Assembly: GCA_040881785.1 (NCBI GenBank) | Contig: JBBECO010000221.1 | Coordinates: 1,865 to 65,864, forward strand | Direction: 5' to 3' | Length of the DNA: 64,000 nt | Source of the DNA: Vicinamibacterales bacterium | GTDB taxonomy: Bacteria > Acidobacteriota > Vicinamibacteria > Vicinamibacterales > 2-12-FULL-66-21 | Shown: positions 53,001-60,466 of the stretch, one piece after another | Numbering within the stretch: position 1 is the stretch's first letter | Layout of the letters: each line of letters starts with the position of its first letter | Notes under the pieces: model-generated | The model's input: only the letters and a program-made list of their open reading frames with translations | Database searches by the model: none | What the model was told of the DNA's origin: nothing | Translations under genes and position numbers: made by a program

Positions 53001-53791
53001 AGGGGGATGCGGCGCGGCTGGCCCAGGTGCTGGCGAACCTGCTGACCAACGCCGCGAAGTACACCGATCCCGCCGGTGCGGTCTCGGTCGAGGGACGCCT
53101 CGAAGGATTCGAGGCCGTGATCGTCGTCACCGACGTCGGCCGCGGCATCGCCCCCGACATGCTGCCCCGGATCTTCGAGCTGTTTACCCAGGAGCGGCAG
53201 GAGATCGACCGGTCGGAAGGCGGGTTGGGCCTGGGCCTGGCGATCGTGCGCAGCCTCGTGCAGGCGCATGGCGGCACGGTCGAGGCCCGCAGTGAAGGCA
53301 AGGGACGCGGGGCGTCGTTTACGATCCGCCTGCCCCTGGCGAGCCGTGAGGCCGGCATCGAGGCGGCCGGGGACGCGCCGCTCACCAGTGCGCCGACGAC
53401 TCCGACGGCGGGCCTGCGCGTGCTCATCGTGGACGACAATCCGGATGCGGCCGAAATGCTGGCGGAGTCACTGCGCACGCTCGGTCACACGATCCGGATG
53501 GCCTACAACGGCTTCACCGCCCTGCAACTGGCCGCGGAGCACCATCCTGACGTCGTGCTCCTCGACCTCGGCCTCCCGGTGATGGACGGGTTCGAGGTGG
53601 CCGAGCGGCTGAAAGCGATGCCTGGGATGGAGCGTGTCGCGCTCGTGGCGATCACCGGGTACGGCCAGGAGGCGGACCGCGAGCGCACGCAGCAGGCGGG
53701 CTTCGACGAACACATGGTCAAGCCGGTGGATCTCGATCAGCTGGAAGACTGGCTGCGCGCGCGCCAGGAAGGGGTGATCACTGATCGCTGA
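50087..53791 (+). CDS. multi-domain sensor: PAS - GAF-like - HisKA/HATPase - REC - PAS - HisKA/HATPase - REC
   Basis: N-terminal GGGEMGALMRSIDWSKTAVGPVHTWPQSL PAS type. H-box 1 FFSNVSHEFRTPLT with GSGIGLALVRELVALHGG. REC1 RVLVADDNADM...SDVMMPGLDG. H-box 2 DEFLAMLGHELRNPLAPI with GGLGLGLAIVRSLVQAHGG. REC2 RVLIVDDNPD...LLDLGLPVMDG. Confidence 0.9.
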   Translation: MMTRPEHAAVLSGGGEMGALMRSIDWSKTAVGPVHTWPQSLRTALSILLETGFPMYIAWGREFTQFYNDGYRPILGSTKHPMAMGIGTRETFAEIWDIIGPMFDGVMEGRPTTLVDFLLPLDRHGFTEECYFIFSYSPIREESGRVGGVLVTVTETTPRVLSERRLETTQALAAETRTARTVLEACEIAGRVLAGNAEDLPFSRIYVFADDGGTAVLMAACGEGPPAFALPEALPVQAEPLARILASGRMEILDDSRRIVALPIVTQGAGRPVGLLVTGTSPRLVLDDGYQGFLWLVASQIGTAIAGAQALESAQARVHALAELDRAKTAFFSNVSHEFRTPLTLMLGPTEEALASPEGALRGEDLETVHRNQVRLLKLVNTLLDFSRFEAGRANAAFEPLDLARLTADLASAFRSTTERAGLRLVIDCPPLDEPVYVDREMWEKIVLNLLSNAFKFTFHGSITVVLACDDGHVELRVCDTGVGIPSDELDHVFDRFHRIEGTVARTHEGSGIGLALVRELVALHGGTISASSVVGQGSVFSVRLPLGSAHLPAEHVGPAASGAGASVPGADRATPYVTEALRWLPDQQPLEERPAIRNPEAPRVLVADDNADMRDYLARLLGDRFDVETVADGLAALASVERRRPDVVVSDVMMPGLDGFQLVSALRGGEGTQAVPIILLSARAGEEARIDGLNAGADDYLVKPFSARELIARVDAQVVRARLRSIEDAHAVRLASVFQHAPVGVAILRGPDHVFEFANHEYLGIVARRDVVGKPVRQALPEYEGQSIFEILDQVYASAEPMVIHSMRAQMRRWGEDVEEAFFDVSCQPLLDEGCRATGIAVVVVDVSALTRARREAESANRAKDEFLAMLGHELRNPLAPILTALQLMRLRHLSGGEREREIIERQVRHVVSLVDDLLDVSRITRGTVQLKRTRVDLADVVAKAIEMTSPAIEERRHQLNVQVPRGLEVQGDAARLAQVLANLLTNAAKYTDPAGAVSVEGRLEGFEAVIVVTDVGRGIAPDMLPRIFELFTQERQEIDRSEGGLGLGLAIVRSLVQAHGGTVEARSEGKGRGASFTIRLPLASREAGIEAAGDAPLTSAPTTPTAGLRVLIVDDNPDAAEMLAESLRTLGHTIRMAYNGFTALQLAAEHHPDVVLLDLGLPVMDGFEVAERLKAMPGMERVALVAITGYGQEADRERTQQAGFDEHMVKPVDLDQLEDWLRARQEGVITDR

Positions 53792-53940
53792 TCGCTAATC
53801 GCTGATCGCTGATCGCTAATCCCGGATCCCGGATCCCGGATCCCGGATTCGGGATCAGCGACTAGCGATTTGAGCGATCAGGGATTGCCTTAGCGATTAG
53901 GGATTAGCAGATTCGCGATTAGCGATTAGCGATCAGCGAT
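53781..53940. repeat. heptamer tandem repeats arranged as a long imperfect palindrome (GATCGCT/AATCGCT x6, GATCCCG x4, then their reverse complements AGCGATY/AGGGATT)
   Basis: Read directly. The left arm starts inside the last codons of the kinase gene and the centre lies near 53845. It contains multiple GATC and GGATCC sites. Confidence 0.8.
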
Positions 53941-53973
53941 TGGCGTAGCCGGCGATTGCGATAACCTCTGGGC

Positions 53974-55308
53974 GTGGCCCCACCACGCGTGCTCATCGTC
54001 GGCGGCGGATTCGCCGGGCTCGCGGCGGCGAGAGCGCTCGCGAGAGCGCCGGTCGCGGTCACGATCCTCGACCGCCGCAACCATCACGTCTTCCAGCCGC
54101 TGCTCTACCAGGTCGCGACCGCGTCGCTCTCCCCCGCCGACATCAGCGCGCCCATCCGCTCCGTCGTCCGCGACCAGCAGAACTGCGACGTCGTGCTGGC
54201 GCAGGTGACGTCCGTGGATGTCGTCAACCGCCGGCTCATCCTGACGGAGGGAGCGATCGGCTACGACTATCTCGTGCTCGCCGCGGGTGCGACGCACGCC
54301 TACTTCGGACACGACGACTGGGCGCCGATCGCGCCGGGGCTCAAGACGATCGAGGACGCCACGGAGCTGCGGCGGCGCATCCTGCTCGCGTACGAATCGG
54401 CGGAGTATGAGGGGAGCCCCGAGGCGCGGCGCGCGGTGCTGACGTTCGGGATCGTCGGCGCGGGAGCGACCGGCGTGGAGCTGGCGGGCGCGATCAAGGA
54501 GATTGCCGGCGCGACGCTGCCGAAAGACTACCGGCACATCGATACGCGGACCACGCGGGTCATCGTCTTCGAGGGGGGACCGCGCGTGCTGGCGCCGTTC
54601 CCGCCTGAGCTGAGCGCGCGCGCGCAGCGCGACCTCGAGCGGATGGGCGTGGAGATTCGCCTGAATTCCACCGTCACGAACGTCACGCCGGAGGGGATCT
54701 TCATCGGCGAGGAGTTCATCCCGGTCCGCAACGTGTTCTGGGCGGCGGGCGTGAAGGCGAATCCGCTCGGGCAGTCGCTCGGCGTGCCGCTCGATCGCGC
54801 CGGCCGCGTGATCGTCGGTCCGGACCTGTCGATCCCCGGTCATCCCGAAGTGTTCGTCACCGGCGACATGGCGGCCGCGACGTCAGCAAACACCGGGAAG
54901 CCGGTCCCCGGTGTCGCACAGGGCGGCCTGCAGATGGGGAAGCACGCGGGACAAACGATCGCGCGGGAAGTGCTCGGGCGCTCGACGCCCGCCGACCGGA
55001 AGGCGTTCGTGTATCACGACAAGGGGACGATGGCGGTCATCGGCAAGGCGAAGGCGGTTGCCGAGATCGGCAGGTTCAAGTTCGGCGGGTTCTTCGCGTG
55101 GCTCGTGTGGGGCGGGATCCATATCTCGTTTCTCATCGGCTTCCGCAACCGCCTGCAGGTCCTCTTCAGCTGGTTCTGGAACTGGCTGCTGAATGCGCGC
55201 GACGCGCGGCTCATCACGGGGGATGCGGCGCTCGACATCCAGGTGGCGCGGGGCGAGGACGACGTCCGCGCGGATCCGCCGCCTGCCCCCCCACCCAATC
55301 GACGCTGA
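53974..55308 (+). CDS. ndh: type II NADH dehydrogenase (NDH-2), FAD-dependent pyridine nucleotide-disulfide oxidoreductase
   Basis: RVLIVGGGFAGLAAA, HHVFQPLLYQVAT, the second Rossmann motif FGIVGAGATGVELAG and VFVTGDMA. Confidence 0.9.
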   Translation: MAPPRVLIVGGGFAGLAAARALARAPVAVTILDRRNHHVFQPLLYQVATASLSPADISAPIRSVVRDQQNCDVVLAQVTSVDVVNRRLILTEGAIGYDYLVLAAGATHAYFGHDDWAPIAPGLKTIEDATELRRRILLAYESAEYEGSPEARRAVLTFGIVGAGATGVELAGAIKEIAGATLPKDYRHIDTRTTRVIVFEGGPRVLAPFPPELSARAQRDLERMGVEIRLNSTVTNVTPEGIFIGEEFIPVRNVFWAAGVKANPLGQSLGVPLDRAGRVIVGPDLSIPGHPEVFVTGDMAAATSANTGKPVPGVAQGGLQMGKHAGQTIAREVLGRSTPADRKAFVYHDKGTMAVIGKAKAVAEIGRFKFGGFFAWLVWGGIHISFLIGFRNRLQVLFSWFWNWLLNARDARLITGDAALDIQVARGEDDVRADPPPAPPPNRR

Positions 55309-55449
55309 TGCCACGGGTGCACCGCTGAGAACGCTGAGGTCGCAGAGGCAGTCCAAGATGGATGCGGAACGGGTCACGCAGTGGCCTGCGGCCAACCACG
55401 ACGGCTCGACGACACGACGACACGACGCTGCAACGCTGCCGACATGAGA

Positions 55450-55578
55450 CCTGCCGGGCGCGCTCCGCGCGTTGTGGCCGGCCAGAATCCGCAAACACAA
55501 ACAGCTGGAGTTCAAGTGCTGCTTGTGTTTGTGGATTCTGACCGGCCACAGCGGCGGCCGAAGGCCGCCGCCCGGCAG
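55450..55578. repeat. nested inverted-repeat element: outer 10-bp stem enclosing a 32-bp-arm hairpin and a GC hairpin
   Basis: CTGCCGGGCG...CGCCCGGCAG forms the outer pair. Inner arms 55474-55505 and 55518-55549 are complementary with 3 mismatches and a 12-nt loop. GCGGCGGCC-GAA-GGCCGCCGC lies at 55551-55571. The element sits between convergent genes. Confidence 0.75.
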
Positions 55579-55650
55579 GTCGGAACGGGTCAGCCAAAGG
55601 GCCTCTGCGCGCTCTGCGGCCTCAGCGGTAAATCGTGGCAGCTGCCGCGC

Positions 55651-57561
55651 TCACCCTGGCGGGAGCCGGCGGTGCAGACCACGCATGCGCTCCGCGAGCG
55701 CACCGGGTTCGTCGGTGAAGCACGCGGCGTAGCGCTTGGGCGCATCGGTCAGGTACTTGTGGAACGCCGCCTCGCGTCTCGTGCTGAGAACGTTCTTGGC
55801 GATCACATAGCGGATCACGCCTGAGACGCTGAGCACGATGGTCGAGCCGCCGTAGAACCAGCGGCCCTTCGCGCGGCGGCGCTGGACGACTTCCGCGACG
55901 AGATCCTCGTTGAAGGTGCCGTCGGGGCCGGTCCGCCGCACCTCGCGCACCGATTCCACGATCGGCCGCTCGATTTTCTTCGCCGCGCTCGGCGCCGCGA
56001 GCCCGAAGTAATAAAGGTGCCCCGGCTCGGTGACGTAGGCGCCGATCAGCCGCGCGCGACGACGCTGCAGCTCCTGTTCGGTGGGTTCGAACCGCTTCTT
56101 GAGGATCGAGCGCAGCAGCGTGTCCACCTTCTCCCCCGCCTTCGCCCGCCCCAGGCCCGGCACGCGCGGCAGCCTTCGCTCGGGACCGCGCCAGAGGAGC
56201 GCGTCCTCGCTGAGATCCAGGACGCCTTCCACCTGCACGCCGTGCCGCCTGAAGGCGCGAACCAGCGCCTCCCGATAACCCCACTCGTCGTCCGGCACCA
56301 GGTCGTAGTCGGCGGTGAGCAGCGCCCGAAGGTACTCGCCGAACTTCAGGTCCACCGGCGGGCAGTAGTCCACCGCGCGGATCACGAGCGCCATGAACTG
56401 GTCGGCGAGGCGGACGGCATGCCCGGCCAGCAACTCGATCATCGCGGGCGGCAGCGGCCCGCCGCCGGACGGCGCCAGGCTGCGCAGGGTCGCGGTCTTC
56501 TGGTCGAAGACCGTGCGGAAGGCGTCGAACACCGCGCGCAGCAGGATCGCCCCCATGTCGTGCGCATCGAGGGTCGGTCGGTACTGGTCCTTCTTCGGAA
56601 CGGGCGCGTCGAGATCGCCCGGCGTCTTGAACGCCGTGCGCAGCGGGCTCTGGCCATCACCCGTCGTCTCCCCGAACTGCCGCGCGAGATCGACGAGGAG
56701 GCGCGAGGTGACGGCCCCGTGCGCGCCGGCAATCGCGCCCGCCACGAGGTCGCGATAACTGAACCGCTGGAGCAGCGCGATCAGGTCGGCGAAGCCTTCG
56801 TGGAAGCCGTCCACGTCGGGATTGGTCGGCAGCAGGAACCGCGCGCGCATGCCGTCGAGCAGCGCGTGCGTCATCTCGTGGACGACGACGTCGTGCGACA
56901 GCGAGGTGAAGACGATCGCGCCGGGCTGATTCAACCGCTGCGCCTTCGGGTTCGCGCGCGTGTAGCCGAAGCGGATCGCGCCGAGGTCCATATCGTAGTA
57001 GGCGTTGTCCTCCTCGAACGCATGCGGATGAACGTGCAGTTTGACGGCCGGATCGCCCGCCACGAGATCGCCTGGATGCGCCGGAAAGGAGAACTGCGGG
57101 TCGCGCCCGAGCGCCAGACGAAACCGGTGATACGTCGCCGTCGTCAGGGCGTAGGTCATCTGCTGGGCGAACCGCGGATCCGTCGTGGAGGGCTTGAGAC
57201 CTGCCGTCATCACCAGCGCGAGGTCGTCCAGCTTGACGGGCTCGTACGTCTCGTTCGTCGTGTCGTTGACGTCGCGCACGACGATGACGGATCCGGTGGG
57301 CCCTTCCTCGAGCGGCTCGTACGGGACCTCGAGCTCCGCGATGGCCGCGCTCGCCTTCGGGGTCGCCGGGTCCTGCGTGAAGATGCGCAGCGTGCGGTGC
57401 GGCGGCAGCCGCATCGGCATGGCCTGCGCCGGCTCGTCGGCCTGACCGGGAACCCTCGCGGCCGCCTTCTGCTGCTCACGCAGGACAACGAATGGCTCCG
57501 TCGATTCCTTGCGCTCGACGCGGTCCCCGAGTGTGTAGCGAACGGGCGGAGCCTTCGCCAT
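55651..57561 (-). CDS. thermolysin-like (gluzincin) HEXXH metalloprotease-like protein, no signal peptide
   Basis: 636 aa with VVVHEMTHALLDG (nt 56866-56880 = HEMTH) followed about 20 residues later by GFHEGFADL. The hydrophilic N-terminus is MAKAPPVRYTLGDRVERKES. The start lies 1 nt after the stop of the upstream gene. Confidence 0.7.
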   Translation of the reverse strand: MAKAPPVRYTLGDRVERKESTEPFVVLREQQKAAARVPGQADEPAQAMPMRLPPHRTLRIFTQDPATPKASAAIAELEVPYEPLEEGPTGSVIVVRDVNDTTNETYEPVKLDDLALVMTAGLKPSTTDPRFAQQMTYALTTATYHRFRLALGRDPQFSFPAHPGDLVAGDPAVKLHVHPHAFEEDNAYYDMDLGAIRFGYTRANPKAQRLNQPGAIVFTSLSHDVVVHEMTHALLDGMRARFLLPTNPDVDGFHEGFADLIALLQRFSYRDLVAGAIAGAHGAVTSRLLVDLARQFGETTGDGQSPLRTAFKTPGDLDAPVPKKDQYRPTLDAHDMGAILLRAVFDAFRTVFDQKTATLRSLAPSGGGPLPPAMIELLAGHAVRLADQFMALVIRAVDYCPPVDLKFGEYLRALLTADYDLVPDDEWGYREALVRAFRRHGVQVEGVLDLSEDALLWRGPERRLPRVPGLGRAKAGEKVDTLLRSILKKRFEPTEQELQRRRARLIGAYVTEPGHLYYFGLAAPSAAKKIERPIVESVREVRRTGPDGTFNEDLVAEVVQRRRAKGRWFYGGSTIVLSVSGVIRYVIAKNVLSTRREAAFHKYLTDAPKRYAACFTDEPGALAERMRGLHRRLPPG

Positions 57562-57562
57562 G

Positions 57563-60316
57563 TCAGCCCGCGTCCCTCGTCCGTGGCGCCAGCAGTTGGC
57601 GTCCCGCCATGCCGGCGGCGGGCGGCATCATCCCAGGCTGCTGGCGCTTCTGCCGCGCCACCAATGTCGCGACGCGCTTGATGAAGGCTTCGTTGGTCTC
57701 GCCGGTCTGGACGGCGCCGGCCAGCAGCGGCACGGCAGCGGCCGTGAAGTCTCCCTGGCCGTTCGATTCCCACGCGAACTCGTTGTCGCGGCACGCGGCC
57801 AGATGAATCACGCCCGGCGCCGAAGACGGCATCGCGCGGAAGCTGGCGCGGCTCCCGCGGGCGGCGCGCATCGAGCGCGCGGCCGCGAGCAGCTCCGAAC
57901 TCACCGGCATGTAGCGGACGGCGTCGCTCGAGGATTCCTCAGCGCGCATCGCCGGCGCGAAGCGGCTGATGGTGCCGCAGTGGCAGCAGTCCATGAACAA
58001 CGTCAGCAGCACGCCGTCCGGCAGCGCGCCAAGCGCCGCCGCGACCACGTCGTCCCGGAGAAACAGCGCTCCGGTGTGATAGTCCACCGGTACGAAGGCC
58101 TCGTCGAAGCCGTCCGCTTCGTCGCCGCTGTCGTCGGGAAGCTGCGTGCCGTGTCCCGAGTACTGCATGACGAGGACGTCCCCAGGGGTCGCGCCGGCCA
58201 GCAGGTCGCGCAGGGCGTCCTGCATTCCGCGCTGAGTGGCCTGCGCGTCCAGCAGATAGCGCACGTCGAAGCCGAGCGCGCCCAGCGCACCACCCCACTG
58301 CCTCGCGTCGTTGACGCAGCCCGAGAGCGGACGATCGCGATAGTCGTCGATCCCGATGCAGAGCGCGAGACGCCGTCCGCCGCCGGATGGCGTCGCCGGC
58401 GCGGGGGCCGGCTCAGGCCCGGCGGGAATGCACGCCACCGGCGCGGGCATGGGCCGCTGCGGCGGCGGGAGCAACTCGAACACGCGCGGGAGCGGATCGT
58501 AGGGAAAGTCGGCCTCGCCGAACCCACTCTCGTCGTCGATCTCGAGGATCCTCCGCAGCGCGGCCGATACGGTTTTGGGATCGTTGTCGAAGGCGCCGTG
58601 CGCGAGCGCACGCGTCAGCGGGTTCTCCTCCTTGTCGCGCGCGTACGAGAACTGGATCTCGGCCGCGGCCGTGCCACCAATCGGATTGCCCTTCTTGTCG
58701 ACCCCGTAGAGACCACGCAGCCTCTCGTGCTTGCGGATCGACCGGTGCAGTCCGAGAATCGGCCGGCGCAGCACGCCCTCGAACGAGTGCGAGATCAGAT
58801 ACAGCAGCGACTTGCGATAGACCTTGAAACAATTGTCCTGTTCCTCGGCGTCCTCCTCCATCGTGAAGCAGGCGTGCTTCACGATCGTCTTCGACTCGAT
58901 CAGCGCCAGGAGCTTCGCTTCGAAGAGCTCGGGACGGACGGCCGGGGCGAAGAACGACAGCGTATCGATGCGCGGCACGCCGAGCGCGATCAACGCCGGC
59001 AGGAGATGCGCATGGAAAATCGCGCCAGCGCTGTGGCCGATCGCGTGGACCGTCACGTCCTTCGCCGCCGGGGTCGCGAGAAACGCGGCCAGCTTCGACG
59101 CGAACAGGTGCGCACCGCCGGGATATCCTTCGCCCAGATCCGCGGCCGACGCGCGACGCGCGCTCTCCTTCATGCCGGCCCAGATCGCGGTGCCGGGCGC
59201 CTTGGCTGCCAGCTCGATCGCCGGGTCCGTCGTCCAGTCGAAGATGTCGCGCGGCCCGACGATGTACTGGCGGAGGATCTCGAGGAGCCCGCTTTCCCAG
59301 ACGAAGAACACCGGGTAGACCCCCTTCGAGAGCCACCAGGGGTACATCTTCTTCGCATAGGCGAGCGCGTCCGATTCGCCGACGAGTCCGCCGTGTGCAT
59401 ACAGAAGGATGCGCAGCGACGGATCCGCGGCGGCGCGGTCGCGGATCGCGTCGATGATCCCGTCGAGATCGACCGGCGTGGTGCTGAAGTCGCCGCCCGC
59501 CGACAGCTCGCCGCAGCTCAGATTGACGACGTGCGGTCGCAACGGCGTCCAGTCCTCGCCGCGAGAACCGGAAGGCGCGTCAAGGAGGCGCGAGAAGTCG
59601 CGGCTGTATCGCCGCTGTTCCCGGGCCACGCGCGTGCGCGTGTCTTCGGCAACCGCTTCTCCGGCGAGCGCATGTTCAGGGATGGTGGCCTCGGCGATCT
59701 CCGACGGCTTGAGCGCGATCGCCGCCGGTTGTGTGACGAACGCGCCGAGCAGGAACTCGCGGCTGAAGGGACGGGTCGTTCGCGCCTGGCGGCTGCTCGT
59801 GTTCTTCGCCACGAGCGCCACGAATGCGTCACGGTCGAGGGTCGTACCCGGACAGGTCTTCGGTCCCTCGCTCAGGTCGCGATGGAACGCGATCGCGGCC
59901 GCCTCGAGGTTCCACGCGCGCAGCAGATGCGCCACGACGGCGGCGGCGCTGTCGCGCTGCGCTCCGTCGAAGCGGTCGCGGCCGTCGTCGAAATTGCCGA
60001 CGAGCGCGATCATGAACGGCCCCTTGGCGGTCGTGCCGTTGTGCCCTCTGACACTGGCGGGCGGCAGGTTCCAGTTGCGTCCGGGCCACAGGCCGCCGAG
60101 AGGATCGATCGTCAGGTGCTGCGCGATGTCACTCCATCCCTGCGCCAGGTGGAGCTGCCGCATGGCCTCGATCGTTTCGGCGCCGCGGAAATCGGCGCGC
60201 GCGGGATGCACCGTGTGATGCACGTGCACCGCGTCGATCGCCCGCGTGAGCACGCCGCGATCGGGCAGCAGCAGCCGGAACTGGTGGACCGTGAGACGCC
60301 GGGGAGTATGTGTCAT
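57563..60316 (-). CDS. three-enzyme fusion: N-acetylmuramoyl-L-alanine amidase (Amidase_2/PGRP) - alpha/beta hydrolase (GHSAG) - caspase-like peptidase C14
   Basis: 917 aa from the ATG at 60316. The amidase region has AIDAVHVHHTV...FMIALVGNFD...AFHRD...KTCPG. The hydrolase region has LLYAHGGL...VFFVWESG...VHAIGHSAGAIF. The caspase region has LALCIGIDDY...CVNDA...VMQYSGHGTQ...LFMDCCHCG. The longer ORF to 61267 is antisense to the VWA gene. Confidence 0.8.
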   Translation of the reverse strand: MTHTPRRLTVHQFRLLLPDRGVLTRAIDAVHVHHTVHPARADFRGAETIEAMRQLHLAQGWSDIAQHLTIDPLGGLWPGRNWNLPPASVRGHNGTTAKGPFMIALVGNFDDGRDRFDGAQRDSAAAVVAHLLRAWNLEAAAIAFHRDLSEGPKTCPGTTLDRDAFVALVAKNTSSRQARTTRPFSREFLLGAFVTQPAAIALKPSEIAEATIPEHALAGEAVAEDTRTRVAREQRRYSRDFSRLLDAPSGSRGEDWTPLRPHVVNLSCGELSAGGDFSTTPVDLDGIIDAIRDRAAADPSLRILLYAHGGLVGESDALAYAKKMYPWWLSKGVYPVFFVWESGLLEILRQYIVGPRDIFDWTTDPAIELAAKAPGTAIWAGMKESARRASAADLGEGYPGGAHLFASKLAAFLATPAAKDVTVHAIGHSAGAIFHAHLLPALIALGVPRIDTLSFFAPAVRPELFEAKLLALIESKTIVKHACFTMEEDAEEQDNCFKVYRKSLLYLISHSFEGVLRRPILGLHRSIRKHERLRGLYGVDKKGNPIGGTAAAEIQFSYARDKEENPLTRALAHGAFDNDPKTVSAALRRILEIDDESGFGEADFPYDPLPRVFELLPPPQRPMPAPVACIPAGPEPAPAPATPSGGGRRLALCIGIDDYRDRPLSGCVNDARQWGGALGALGFDVRYLLDAQATQRGMQDALRDLLAGATPGDVLVMQYSGHGTQLPDDSGDEADGFDEAFVPVDYHTGALFLRDDVVAAALGALPDGVLLTLFMDCCHCGTISRFAPAMRAEESSSDAVRYMPVSSELLAAARSMRAARGSRASFRAMPSSAPGVIHLAACRDNEFAWESNGQGDFTAAAVPLLAGAVQTGETNEAFIKRVATLVARQKRQQPGMMPPAAGMAGRQLLAPRTRDAG

Positions 60317-60466
60317 GACACCCTCAGGATGAGACGCGCATGCTGGCTGACCGGGACGGTGATTGCAATATGCAAGATTTACCGGCCAACATGTTGCCCT
60401 CCCGGCCAACGGGTTGGCCGGTTGTGCACTCTCGACGTCAGTTCGGCGTGCTATAAAGGCCTTCCC

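Noticed and set aside
50194-53295. 1,033-aa alternative-frame ORF within the giant kinase gene
   Set aside because: It is on the same strand but in a different frame from a gene with unambiguous PAS, HisKA, HATPase and REC motifs. The translation is an Arg/Gly/Ala/Pro repeat-like string.
53781-53940. Possible CRISPR array
   Set aside because: The repeats are 7-bp units in direct tandem with no spacers, and they mirror into their reverse complement. No cas genes are present in the window.
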